This document shows, in pieces, positions 36,006 through 45,033 of a stretch of 64,000 nt of DNA (the stretch's first letter is position 1; each line of letters begins with the position of its first letter). Position numbers and translations under genes: made by a program. A model generated the notes under the pieces. It was not told the origin of the DNA. It worked only from the letters and a program-made list of their open reading frames with translations, and searched no databases. The stretch comes from Candidatus Flemingiibacterium sp. (lineage in GTDB: Bacteria > Bacillota > Clostridia > Oscillospirales > CAG-272), in the NCBI GenBank assembly GCA_045635785.1, contig JAZTWJ010000107.1, forward strand, positions 3,497 to 67,496, in the 5' to 3' direction.

Positions 36006-37283
36006 ATGACACCCAATTCCAACACCCGCAGTGAAAAACTCAAGCTTTTTGTATGCACGGACATTGTCAGCTTGACGCCCGGCTACATGGAGCCCGATGA
36101 TTCCCAGTCGCTGATTCGACTGCTTTGCTTTTCCGATTTGTTCGATATTCGCGGAATCGTAGCCACCGCGCACAAGACCATTGGAACCCATATGCACATC
36201 GTTGACGAAATTCTCGACGCATATGAAAAGGTTTATGATAAATTCTGCGTACATTCGTCCGAATTCCCGACTCCTGCATATTTGCGAAGCATCTCCTTCT
36301 CCGGAAGCGAGCAGAACGGCCTTGAAAATATGGGCGAGGGCAAGGATACGGAAGGTTCCATGCATATCGTTCGCGCGATCAACGAATCCGATACACCCAT
36401 TTGGTTTGTACTGTGGGGCGGCGCGCTGGATCTGGCGCAGGCTATCTGGTATGTTGATAAAAACTATTCCGAGGAAGATGCAAAGGCTTGGCGTGCAAAG
36501 ATCCGCATTTATTCCATCGGCGACCAGTACGATAATGCAGGTCCTTGGATCCGCGAGCATTATCCGGATATTCATTATCTCTCCAGCTACGGCGCATACC
36601 GTGGCGTATACCGCGATGGCGATGTTTCCCTTTCGAGCAGCGAATGGGTGGAAGAAAACATCAAAGGGAACGGACATCCCCTTGCCACCATTTATCCCAA
36701 TTACAACGGCGGCGACCCTTGGGGCGAGGTCAAGGGCATCAAAGAGGGTGACACACCTTCCTTCCTGTTCCTGATCCCCAACGGCTTGTGCTTCCCCAAT
36801 CAACCCGAGCTTGGCGGCTGGGGCGGACGCTTCCAGACTCAAAACGGCATTCGCTACACGGACGACGTGGATAATTGGGAGGGCGAAGCTGCGCCGCGTT
36901 CCAACGTATTCCGTTGGCGTGAAGCCTTCAACAGCGAATTTGTGGCAAGACTGCGTTGGGTAAACTGCACGCCCGCAGAAGCGATCTATCCGCCGATCAT
37001 CGAGGGCGCACAGCAGCCTGAAGTGCTGAATGTCCGCGCAGGCGAGAGCATCAGCTTGAAGGCGCCTGTTGTACATGTAACCAACGGCAACGAAAAGTTC
37101 TCCTACCGTTGGTTTGTATATCCCGAAGTGGAAAACATGCCCGAGCTTGTCACCGAAGGCAATGATGTGCGCTTCACCGTTCCCGCAGACACCAAACAGC
37201 TCGTGGTAAACTTTGCTGTCAAAAACGGCGATTTTCCCTCGATTACGCGCTACAAGCGTTGGATCCTCCACGTTGACGCATAA
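36006..37283 (+). CDS. DUF1593 (nucleoside-hydrolase-like N-domain) family protein, no signal peptide
   Basis: EPDDSQSLIRLL...IRGIV N-domain motif typical of DUF1593. GGAGGA 8 nt upstream of ATG 36006. The 457-aa antisense ORF is rejected. Confidence 0.78.
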   Translation: MTPNSNTRSEKLKLFVCTDIVSLTPGYMEPDDSQSLIRLLCFSDLFDIRGIVATAHKTIGTHMHIVDEILDAYEKVYDKFCVHSSEFPTPAYLRSISFSGSEQNGLENMGEGKDTEGSMHIVRAINESDTPIWFVLWGGALDLAQAIWYVDKNYSEEDAKAWRAKIRIYSIGDQYDNAGPWIREHYPDIHYLSSYGAYRGVYRDGDVSLSSSEWVEENIKGNGHPLATIYPNYNGGDPWGEVKGIKEGDTPSFLFLIPNGLCFPNQPELGGWGGRFQTQNGIRYTDDVDNWEGEAAPRSNVFRWREAFNSEFVARLRWVNCTPAEAIYPPIIEGAQQPEVLNVRAGESISLKAPVVHVTNGNEKFSYRWFVYPEVENMPELVTEGNDVRFTVPADTKQLVVNFAVKNGDFPSITRYKRWILHVDA

Positions 37284-37323
37284 TTGACGAACGATTCATC
37301 TGTTTAGACAAAAGCACAAATTT

Positions 37324-38706
37324 ATGAAGCCAAATATTTTATTCATATCCTGTGATCAACAGCGTTGGGACTGCCTCGGTTTCAATCACAGATATCCTGT
37401 CAAAACGCCGCATCTCGACCGACTTGCGGAGGAGGGCGTGTGCTTTGATCAAAGCTTCACTCCGCTCCCCACCTGCTGCCCTGCCCGACAGGCGCTCATC
37501 TGTGGCAGACGCCCCGAGCGTTACGGCGCGCTGTTAAACTACGATCAGGGGATCCCCGTGCACTCCCTCACCCCCGATGCCTTCTCTTGGGCAAGAGAGC
37601 TCAACGCAGACGGCTACAAAACCGCCTATGTGGGCAAATGGCACGTCAGCCCCAAATATACGCCCCTTGACTTCGGTTACGATGTGTATATCAGCGAATG
37701 GGATCTGAGTGCGCCCATGAAGAAGAAGCATCCAAACTGCAAGTTTGAGAAGAGCTTTTTCGGTGAAAAAAGCCCATTCCCGCTTGAAGATTCGCCCACC
37801 CATCAGAATGCCGCCCATGTGATCAGGCTCATTGATGAGTATGAAAACGGGCCGTGGCATATCAAGATGGATTTTGCGGAGCCGCATCTGCCGTGCCGCC
37901 CATCCGAGCCGTTCGCCTCCATGTACGATCATGAGGATATTCCCCGTTGGCACGCCTTCGACGATCCGCTGACAGACAAACCGTACATTCAAAAGCAAAT
38001 GCTTTTGAATTGGAAGACAGAGGCAATGGGTTGGGAGGATTTCGAAGAAACAGTCAAATTGTATTACGGCTATATCTCTCAGGTCGATGATGCCATCGGC
38101 CGTGTAATCGAGCATCTTCGGAAGAAGAATATGCTTGACAACACCATCATCATCTATACCGCCGATCATGGCGATATGTGTGGTGATCGGCATATGATGG
38201 ACAAGCATTATATCATGTATGAAGAGGTTATACATGTGCCGCTGGTCATCCGTGCGCCCATGCTTTCTGAGGGCGGACGCCGTTGCGATGCCATTGTCAC
38301 GAATATGCTGGATCTGGTTCCGACCATATTGGAAATGGCAGGTCTGGAAGCCCCCGAAAATTCTGACGCGATCTCTCTGATGCCCTATTTGAAGGGCGAA
38401 GAACATCCGTCTCCGCGTCGGTATGCGCTGACCACCTACAACGGTCAGCAGTTCGGATTGTATCTGCAACGCATGATCCGCGACAAACGGTGGAAATACA
38501 CATGGAATCCCACCGATGTAGATGAGCTGTACGATTTGGAAAAGGATCCGTATGAGCTGCAAAATCTTGTGCATGATCCATCTCACGCCGAAATTTTGCA
38601 AAAGCTGCGCATTGATCTGTTCAACGAACTGTTGGCTGTGAACGATTTTACGACTCACGGCAGACAATGGATGAAGGATCAACTGCTGCTCGGACGAAAG
38701 ATCTGA
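37324..38706 (+). CDS. Cys-type sulfatase (formylglycine-dependent), cytoplasmic
   Basis: N-terminus NILFISCDQ, sulfatase signature CCPARQALICG (C-x-P-x-R), YTADHGD. No signal peptide. Confidence 0.9.
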   Translation: MKPNILFISCDQQRWDCLGFNHRYPVKTPHLDRLAEEGVCFDQSFTPLPTCCPARQALICGRRPERYGALLNYDQGIPVHSLTPDAFSWARELNADGYKTAYVGKWHVSPKYTPLDFGYDVYISEWDLSAPMKKKHPNCKFEKSFFGEKSPFPLEDSPTHQNAAHVIRLIDEYENGPWHIKMDFAEPHLPCRPSEPFASMYDHEDIPRWHAFDDPLTDKPYIQKQMLLNWKTEAMGWEDFEETVKLYYGYISQVDDAIGRVIEHLRKKNMLDNTIIIYTADHGDMCGDRHMMDKHYIMYEEVIHVPLVIRAPMLSEGGRRCDAIVTNMLDLVPTILEMAGLEAPENSDAISLMPYLKGEEHPSPRRYALTTYNGQQFGLYLQRMIRDKRWKYTWNPTDVDELYDLEKDPYELQNLVHDPSHAEILQKLRIDLFNELLAVNDFTTHGRQWMKDQLLLGRKI

Positions 38707-38710
38707 TACA

Positions 38711-38743
38711 AAAAGCCGCCAAGGCAAAACCTTGGCGGCTTTT
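38711..38743. terminator. bidirectional intrinsic terminator
   Basis: AAAAGCCGCCAAGG-caaaa-CCTTGGCGGCTTTT forms a 14-bp stem. Confidence 0.82.
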
Positions 38744-38766
38744 GTTATGCAATTTTGGAACGACTT

Positions 38767-39882
38767 TTAGAATGCCATGCGTCCCCATCCGCGATTTTTG
38801 CCGGAAATGGGTTCGAGATTCAAAAGCTCGCGCGCGGTATTTACATAATAGCGGTAATTTTCCAGCGGAGTGCCGTTGGGGATTCTGTGGTCCAAACCAA
38901 AGGCAACGCCACCCTCCTGCATCAGAGGCTGCATCTTATACTCCAGCTCCTTGCGGATATCTTCCTTGGAAGAACGAAGGATATGCTTGTCAATGCCGCC
39001 CTTGAACTTGATGGCATTGCCGTACTTTTTACGCAGCGCGACAATATCCATTCCCGCAGCAGGCTCGCAAGGATAGAAGATGTTGACGCCTGCTTCCATA
39101 AACGGTTCGATGACCGATTCCACGTTGCCGTCGCTGTCCTGCGAGAACAGGCGCGTTCCTCTTTCCTGCAAAAGATCCCAAATTCTTCTGTAATAAGGCG
39201 AGATAAACTCTCTGACCTGCTTCGGGCCGACCAGCGGACCCGATTTGCCCGCCAAGTCTTCATGAACAGCCAGGTTGTCGATGGTAAGCTCGCGGGTGAT
39301 CGCTTCATAAACCTTGAAGGTGGTATCGGACACGGTGTTGATGATGTCCATCATCAGCTCCGGATCCTCGTAATAGCAGATACACGCACCCTCATCGCCC
39401 ATCAGCTCACGCGGAAGGTCATATCCGCCGGGCATGCCGGCAATGATCAGTACGCCCTCCGACTGCAGCTTCTTTGCGCGCTCAAGTCTCTCGCGGTCGA
39501 TGCGGTCGGGAGTAAAGGTGAACATGTGCTTGATCTTCAGCCAGCTGTCCATATCCTTGACCGGATAATCGAGGGGCAGCGGAATGCTGGCGGTCGACTT
39601 GATCAGCTTCATGGTTCTGCCGTAGCCGTCTTTTGTGATACGGTATTCGTCAGTTTCCTCCAAAACCTCGGATTTGAAGGTGTTGCGCGCGCCTGTGCCG
39701 CCGATCCAAAAATTCGGAATGTAGTCAAATTCAAACGCCTCAAGCGAAATTTCCTCGGGGGTTGCGCCCTGCTCTGCCCATTCCTTTTCAAGTCCCACAA
39801 GCGGACCGAAAAGCTCACAGAACATCTGCCGTTCGGGCTTTCCCGTCATCAACTCAATGTATTGCGTTCTTGTCCATTTCAT
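38767..39882 (-). CDS. URO-D/MtaA-like (uroporphyrinogen decarboxylase family) putative corrinoid methyltransferase, paralogue 1
   Basis: 371 aa. AGGAG 9 nt upstream of ATG 39882. SQDSDG at the position where other paralogues have HxCG. GLDHRIPNG near the C-terminus. Confidence 0.78.
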   Translation of the reverse strand: MKWTRTQYIELMTGKPERQMFCELFGPLVGLEKEWAEQGATPEEISLEAFEFDYIPNFWIGGTGARNTFKSEVLEETDEYRITKDGYGRTMKLIKSTASIPLPLDYPVKDMDSWLKIKHMFTFTPDRIDRERLERAKKLQSEGVLIIAGMPGGYDLPRELMGDEGACICYYEDPELMMDIINTVSDTTFKVYEAITRELTIDNLAVHEDLAGKSGPLVGPKQVREFISPYYRRIWDLLQERGTRLFSQDSDGNVESVIEPFMEAGVNIFYPCEPAAGMDIVALRKKYGNAIKFKGGIDKHILRSSKEDIRKELEYKMQPLMQEGGVAFGLDHRIPNGTPLENYRYYVNTARELLNLEPISGKNRGWGRMAF

Positions 39883-39977
39883 AGCAGTAACTCCTGTAAT
39901 AAATATAATTTTACTTTGGGTTTTGCGCCGTTCAAATCCGGTAATAATCGTCTCAAAATTTTTCGTTTTCCAAACCA

Positions 39978-40006
39978 ATCATAACATATTTCCGCTGAAA
40001 AATCAA
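39978..40006 (-). promoter_or_regulatory. sigma-A type promoter for paralogue 1
   Basis: TTGATT-17 nt-(TGt)TATGAT on the minus strand. Confidence 0.6.
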
Positions 40007-40044
40007 CCCTTTTTGCCAAACATACCGAAAATCTAACAGGTGAC

Positions 40045-40088
40045 CTAAAATTTGGTCGTTTTTTTTCTAAAGATTGGTCGTTTTTTTT
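40045..40088. repeat. tandem 22-bp direct repeat immediately upstream of the corrinoid-operon -35
   Basis: CTAAAATTTGGTCGTTTTTTTT / CTAAAGATTGGTCGTTTTTTTT (20/22 identical). Confidence 0.8.
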
Positions 40089-40099
40089 GGAAATATCTC

Positions 40100-40128
40100 T
40101 TGAAAAACAAATCAAATCATGTTATAAT
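40100..40128 (+). promoter_or_regulatory. sigma-A type promoter for the corrinoid protein operon
   Basis: TTGAAA-17 nt-(TGt)TATAAT. Confidence 0.72.
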
Positions 40129-40211
40129 GGTGATAGGGCATTGTACCCTTACTACCCTAATAAATTAGGGAATATTTTACAAAAACTAAAACAAAGACAG
40201 GAGACTGCACC

Positions 40212-40856
40212 ATGAGCATTTTGAATGAAATTTCGACTAATCTTCAGGCAGGCAAGGCAAAGATCGTTAAGGAGCTTGTACAGCAGGCACTCGACGAAGG
40301 CATCAACGCCAAAACGATTCTTGAAGAAGGTCTGATCGCCGGCATGAACGTTATCGGCGAAAAGTTCAAGAACAACGAGGTTTATATTCCCGAGGTTCTG
40401 GTGGCTGCAAGAGCGCTGAACATGGGAACCACCCTTCTCAAGCCCTACTTCAGCGAAGCAGGTATTGAGTCTGTTGGCCGTGTATGCATCGGTACCGTTC
40501 AGGGCGACCTGCACGACATCGGTAAGAATCTGGTTAAGATGATGATGGAAGGCAAGCAGCTGGAAGTTGTTGATCTTGGCACCGACGTTTCCGCAGAAAA
40601 GTTTGTACAGGCTGCTGTTGAGCAGAACTGCCAGATCATCTGCTGCTCCGCACTTCTGACCACCACCATGGACGTTATGAAGGACGTTGTTGAGGCAGCT
40701 AAGGCAGCAGGTATTCGCGATAAGGTTAAGATCATGATCGGCGGCGCTCCCGTTAACGAGGATTACTGCAACAAGATCGGCGCGGACGTTTACACCATTG
40801 ATGCAGCAAGCGCAGCAGATGCAGCACTTGAGCTCTGCAAGGCAATGAACGCGTAA
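40212..40856 (+). CDS. corrinoid (B12-binding) protein, MtaC/MtbC-like
   Basis: 214 aa. N-terminal helical cap plus a Rossmann B12-binding domain with DxHxxG (GDLHDIGKN). AGGAGA RBS. Confidence 0.9.
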   Translation: MSILNEISTNLQAGKAKIVKELVQQALDEGINAKTILEEGLIAGMNVIGEKFKNNEVYIPEVLVAARALNMGTTLLKPYFSEAGIESVGRVCIGTVQGDLHDIGKNLVKMMMEGKQLEVVDLGTDVSAEKFVQAAVEQNCQIICCSALLTTTMDVMKDVVEAAKAAGIRDKVKIMIGGAPVNEDYCNKIGADVYTIDAASAADAALELCKAMNA

Positions 40857-40934
40857 GGCATTACATAAGCGATAACGAGCTTTTTTCTGCCTCGCGCACT
40901 GTCTAATTTGAAAACATATTCAAGGAGAAACACG

Positions 40935-42008
40935 ATGCAAAAATTGACTTCCAGAGAGCGCATATTACGTGCGATCCGTCATCAGGAAATCGACCGTATC
41001 CCGATGGTTGACTCCGCTTGGAGAGGTACCATCGAGCGTTGGAGACGCGAAGGCCTTCCTGCCGGCACCAATTGGGAAGATTATTTTGGATACGATAAGG
41101 TTGTCCGCATTTTCCCCGACACTTCCCCTCGCTTTGAGAAAAAGGTTTTGGAAGAAACCGACCGCTATCAGATCGTAACCACCTCGTGGGGTATGACACA
41201 GAAGAAATTCTTTGAGCTTGACTCCACGCCCGAGCCCCTCGGCTCCTACTACTCCTCGTCCGATAAGTGGGAGGAGTGCAAGGCGCGCATTCTCACCGAT
41301 TATGAAGACCGTATTCCGTGGGACCACATCAAGAAGAACTATGCATATTGGAAAGAAAACGGCTATCTGCTGCAGTTAGGCTTCTTCTTCGGCTTTGACA
41401 TCACCCACTCCCATCTCGTTGGAACGGAAAACGTTCTGATCGGTATGTATGAGGAGCCGGAATGGATCGAGGACATCTTCGATACCTGTCTGGGCGTCGC
41501 GCTGAGACTTTCCGAAAAGCTGCTTGATGCAGGCTACGAGTTTGACGGCATCTTCTGGTATGACGATATGGGCTACAAGGGCTCCACCTTCTTCTCCCCC
41601 TCGCTGTACCGCTCGCTGCTCAAGCCCTACCACAAGCGCGCTGTTGATTGGGCGCATGCTCGCGGCATGATCGCTGAGCTTCATTCCTGCGGCTTCATTG
41701 AGCCTCTGATGGATGACCTTATCGACATCGGCGTTGATATGCTCAACCCCCTTGAGGTTAAGGCAGGCATGGATCCCTTCAAGATGAAGGAGAAGTACGG
41801 CGACAAGATCGCATTCCGCGGCGGTATCAATGCTCAGCTGTGGGATAAGCCCGATGAAGTGCTTGACGAGATCTCGCGCCTCATCCCCGTACTGAAGGAA
41901 GGCGGCGGATATGTATTCGCTTCTGACCACTCCATCCCCAACTGCGTAACCTTCGATACCATGAAGAAGATCGTCGCGCTGGTTAACGAGCTCGGCAAGT
42001 ACAACTGA
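40935..42008 (+). CDS. URO-D/MtaA-like putative methyltransferase, paralogue 2 (HSCG class)
   Basis: 357 aa. AAGGAGA 7 nt upstream of ATG 40935. LHSCG ... SDHSIPNC. Confidence 0.78.
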   Translation: MQKLTSRERILRAIRHQEIDRIPMVDSAWRGTIERWRREGLPAGTNWEDYFGYDKVVRIFPDTSPRFEKKVLEETDRYQIVTTSWGMTQKKFFELDSTPEPLGSYYSSSDKWEECKARILTDYEDRIPWDHIKKNYAYWKENGYLLQLGFFFGFDITHSHLVGTENVLIGMYEEPEWIEDIFDTCLGVALRLSEKLLDAGYEFDGIFWYDDMGYKGSTFFSPSLYRSLLKPYHKRAVDWAHARGMIAELHSCGFIEPLMDDLIDIGVDMLNPLEVKAGMDPFKMKEKYGDKIAFRGGINAQLWDKPDEVLDEISRLIPVLKEGGGYVFASDHSIPNCVTFDTMKKIVALVNELGKYN

Positions 42009-42250
42009 TTTGATATCATCATAAATCTATAACCGATTGCCAAACGCTGTTTTGCAATCGAACCGCTGCAGGCGGAGCCATCGGGCGATTTGTATACCAA
42101 ACGCCCGATGGACACCTGTTGCATTTTCTACAGTGTCTTTTCCGGCGATCAATCTGCCCGAAAAGACTCTTTCATTACAACCGTAATTTCACATCTGTTA
42201 TCGCTTCTTTTGCGGTAACAAATGACGACAAACAATCGATAGGGATTATT

Positions 42251-42808
42251 ATGGAAAATCAAAAACTTTTTGATACCTTAAAAGACATTGCAGCGGAGCT
42301 TGGAGCCTTCCGTTCCGCAATTCTTCCCGCAAGCGAAGTGGTGACAGACCGCGTCTTCCGCGAGCTCTGCAAAAACAATTCCTGCGGTGTTTATGGCAAA
42401 TGCTACACCTGTCCACCCGATGTGGGCGAAATTGACGATCTGATCGCCGATTTGTACAAGAGACAGTATATGTTTTTCTATCAGACCGTCACCGAGCTGG
42501 AGGACAGCTTCGATATTGAAGGTATGCAGCTTGCCAAAAAGAAGCATGTCAAGCTTGCCCTCGCACTGCGCGAGCGTTGCAATGCACTCGAGCTGAAAAA
42601 TGCACTGCATCTGCAAGGCGGCGGTTGCGGCGTATGCAAGGTCTGCGCCAAGAGAACAGACGAGCCCTGCCGTTTCCCCGATAAGGCGATTTCTTCGCTG
42701 GAAGCATACGGCATTTATGTCTCCAAAACTGCCGAAAAAACGGACATGAAATATATTAACGGTCAGGACACCGTTACATATTTCGGTGCGGTTTTCTTCG
42801 ATTTTTGA
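42251..42808 (+). CDS. DUF2284-type predicted metal-binding protein
   Basis: 185 aa. Cys-rich motifs CGVYGKCYTCPP and GGGCGVCKVC. Start chosen at ATG 42251; the track extension upstream is not convincing. Confidence 0.72.
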   Translation: MENQKLFDTLKDIAAELGAFRSAILPASEVVTDRVFRELCKNNSCGVYGKCYTCPPDVGEIDDLIADLYKRQYMFFYQTVTELEDSFDIEGMQLAKKKHVKLALALRERCNALELKNALHLQGGGCGVCKVCAKRTDEPCRFPDKAISSLEAYGIYVSKTAEKTDMKYINGQDTVTYFGAVFFDF

Positions 42809-42837
42809 GATAACTTGAAATTACGAAAGGGACTATC

Positions 42838-43845
42838 ATGAGAAAGCCTGATTTTGATAATCTGCTGATGGTGTTGAACCGTGAAAAGCCAAGCAGAAAG
42901 ACGCTCTTTGAATTTGCCATTTCACCTAAAATGGTAGAGCATATCACATCCCCTGCTCCCAGATCCAACGGGGATCTCGCTTATCGGCAATGGTTTGCGG
43001 ATGGCGTTGCAAAGCTCGGATATGATTTCGTTTGTTTTCATCCCACGAAATTCTATTTCAAGCGCAAATCATCCGAATCGCACGAAAAGAAAAGCAGCCG
43101 TTCGCTCAACGAAACTGCGACCATCACCGACTGGGATTCGTTCGAACAATACAAATGGAACGAGCCGGAGGACTTCCCTTGCTCTCTTGACGGCTTGAAG
43201 CTTCCGGATGGCATGAAGGTGATCCTTTTTTCATCAGACGGCGTACTTGAAAATACCATTGGTCTTTTTGGATATGACAATCTCTGCTATGCCTTGTATG
43301 AAGACGAAGAGCTGGTAAGCACTGTATTCCAGAACGTCGGTGAGCGTCTCTACCGTTATTATGCAGAGTATGTGCATGACGAAAGAGTCGGCGCCCTTCT
43401 CATAAACGATGACCTCGGCTTCAATACGCAGACGCTCCTTTCGCCTGAGCTGCTCAGAAAATATGTATTCCCTTGGCATAAGCGTTTTGCTGAGCTGGCG
43501 CATCGCGAGGGTAAGCCCGCGCTGCTTCACTCCTGCGGCAATTTGAGCAAGGTATACGATGATATCATCGATGTACAGAAATTCGACGGCAAGCATTCTT
43601 ATGAGGATGGCATTCAGCCCGTCGAGGAGGCATATAAGATGCTGCACAAGAGAATTGCGGTTCTCGGTGGCATTGACGTAGACTTCCTCTGCCGTCGCAC
43701 GCCCGAGGAAATTGAAAAACGTTGCCGTGAAATGCTCGATTTAGCAGAAGCGGACGGCGGATATGCACTCGGAACGGGTAACAGCGTTCCCACATATATG
43801 CCGGTCGAAAATTATTTCGCAATGCTGAAAGCAATCGAAGACTAA
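42838..43845 (+). CDS. URO-D/MtaA-like putative methyltransferase, paralogue 3 (HSCG class)
   Basis: 335 aa. GAAAGGGA 7 nt upstream. LLHSCGN. Confidence 0.78.
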   Translation: MRKPDFDNLLMVLNREKPSRKTLFEFAISPKMVEHITSPAPRSNGDLAYRQWFADGVAKLGYDFVCFHPTKFYFKRKSSESHEKKSSRSLNETATITDWDSFEQYKWNEPEDFPCSLDGLKLPDGMKVILFSSDGVLENTIGLFGYDNLCYALYEDEELVSTVFQNVGERLYRYYAEYVHDERVGALLINDDLGFNTQTLLSPELLRKYVFPWHKRFAELAHREGKPALLHSCGNLSKVYDDIIDVQKFDGKHSYEDGIQPVEEAYKMLHKRIAVLGGIDVDFLCRRTPEEIEKRCREMLDLAEADGGYALGTGNSVPTYMPVENYFAMLKAIED

Positions 43846-43864
43846 TTCATAATCATATCGAAAT

Positions 43865-43908
43865 GGGAGGGCCCTCGCGGTGCAAACCGCGAGGGCATGA
43901 TAACCAAA
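43865..43908 (+). promoter_or_regulatory. SD / anti-SD / SD leader hairpin in front of paralogue 4
   Basis: GGGAGG-GCCCTCGCGG-tgcaaa-CCGCGAGGGC-atgataaccaaa-ATG, with a perfect 10-bp stem. Confidence 0.5.
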
Positions 43909-45033
43909 ATGACAAACAGAGAACGCGCCATGAATATTTTGCACTATCGGGATGTGGATCGCATGCCGGCAGTGCATTTTGGCTATTGGAAAGAGCTTCT
44001 TGAAGAATGGGCTGTGCAGGGAAAGATCCCACAGCACATTGCGGATAACGCAAAAACATCCCATGCGGCGGAGGTTGAGCTGGACAAGCTGATCGGATGG
44101 GATTTCGGTTGGAGCAATACCTTCAGCGCAAGGAGCGGACTTCGTCCGGCCTTTGAACGCAAGGTGCTGGAAACTTTGCCCGACGGTACCCAGAGAATCC
44201 AGAACGGCAGCGGCTTGATCGAAAGGATCCGTCCCGGTGTGGTTTCCATTCCGTCGGAGGACGACTATCTTCTCAAGGACAGAGAGGCTTTTGAGACACT
44301 GTATCGTCCAAAAATGCAGTTTTCGTCCGATCGCGTCGATACGGAATATTTCAAAGCTTTTAACGAGAATGTTTATAATAAGACGGATTATCCCATTGCC
44401 ATCTTCTTAGGAAGCGTGCTCGGAACCATCCGCAACATGGTCTCCGTCGTTGGCATGAGCTATTTGGTTTACGATGAGGATGAAGATCTGTTTGCCGATG
44501 TAGTGGATACCTTCGCCGAGATGCAATGCAAATGCGTGGAGGAAATTCTGAAAACCGGCGCTAAATTCGACTACGGTCACTATTGGGAGGATGTCTGCTT
44601 CAAGAACGGTCCGCTGATCGCTCCCGAGTTGTTCGACGAGCTCTGCGCGAGACATTACAAGCGCAGAAACGATCTCTGCCGCAAATACGGCATTGATATC
44701 ATTTCCCTCGACTGTGACGGTGTGACCGATAAGCTTTTGCCCACATGGTACGAGAACGGCGTTAACACCATGTTTCCCATCGAGGTTGGCGTATGGGGCG
44801 ATCAGTTTGAAGCTGCCAGAGAGAAATTCGGCAAGGGCATGCTTGGCGTCGGCGGCATGGACAAGACCGCATTCCGCAAGGATAAGGCGGCTGTGGACGC
44901 AGAACTTCGCCGCATGGAGCGATTGGCATCCATGGGTGGCTTTATTCCCTGCCCCGATCACAGACTGATGCCCGGCTCCAAGTTTGAGCTAGTTCAGTAT
45001 TACGCAGAAGAAATCAAAAAAATCAAGCTTTGA
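43909..45033 (+). CDS. URO-D/MtaA-like putative methyltransferase, paralogue 4 (DCDG class)
   Basis: N-terminus MTNRERAMNILHYRDVDRMP aligns with paralogue 2 (TSRERILRAIRHQEIDRIP). An in-frame alternative ATG at 43897 abuts the hairpin. Confidence 0.78.
   Translation: MTNRERAMNILHYRDVDRMPAVHFGYWKELLEEWAVQGKIPQHIADNAKTSHAAEVELDKLIGWDFGWSNTFSARSGLRPAFERKVLETLPDGTQRIQNGSGLIERIRPGVVSIPSEDDYLLKDREAFETLYRPKMQFSSDRVDTEYFKAFNENVYNKTDYPIAIFLGSVLGTIRNMVSVVGMSYLVYDEDEDLFADVVDTFAEMQCKCVEEILKTGAKFDYGHYWEDVCFKNGPLIAPELFDELCARHYKRRNDLCRKYGIDIISLDCDGVTDKLLPTWYENGVNTMFPIEVGVWGDQFEAAREKFGKGMLGVGGMDKTAFRKDKAAVDAELRRMERLASMGGFIPCPDHRLMPGSKFELVQYYAEEIKKIKL

Noticed and set aside
35898-37271. A 457-aa minus-strand ORF fully antisense to the DUF1593 gene. 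Similar long shadow ORFs occur at 1605-2882(+), 9341-10297(+), 20884-21975(+), 22272-22970(+), 28163-28981(+), 37534-38727(-), 38755-39984(+), 45023-45679(-), 51634-52362(+) and 57900-58856(+).
   Set aside because: In every case the opposite strand encodes a protein with clear family motifs and an RBS. The shadow ORFs have no RBS, have R/H/L/C-rich low-information translations, and match the partner gene's extent almost exactly. This pattern is expected when the sense strand avoids codons that read as stops on the reverse strand.
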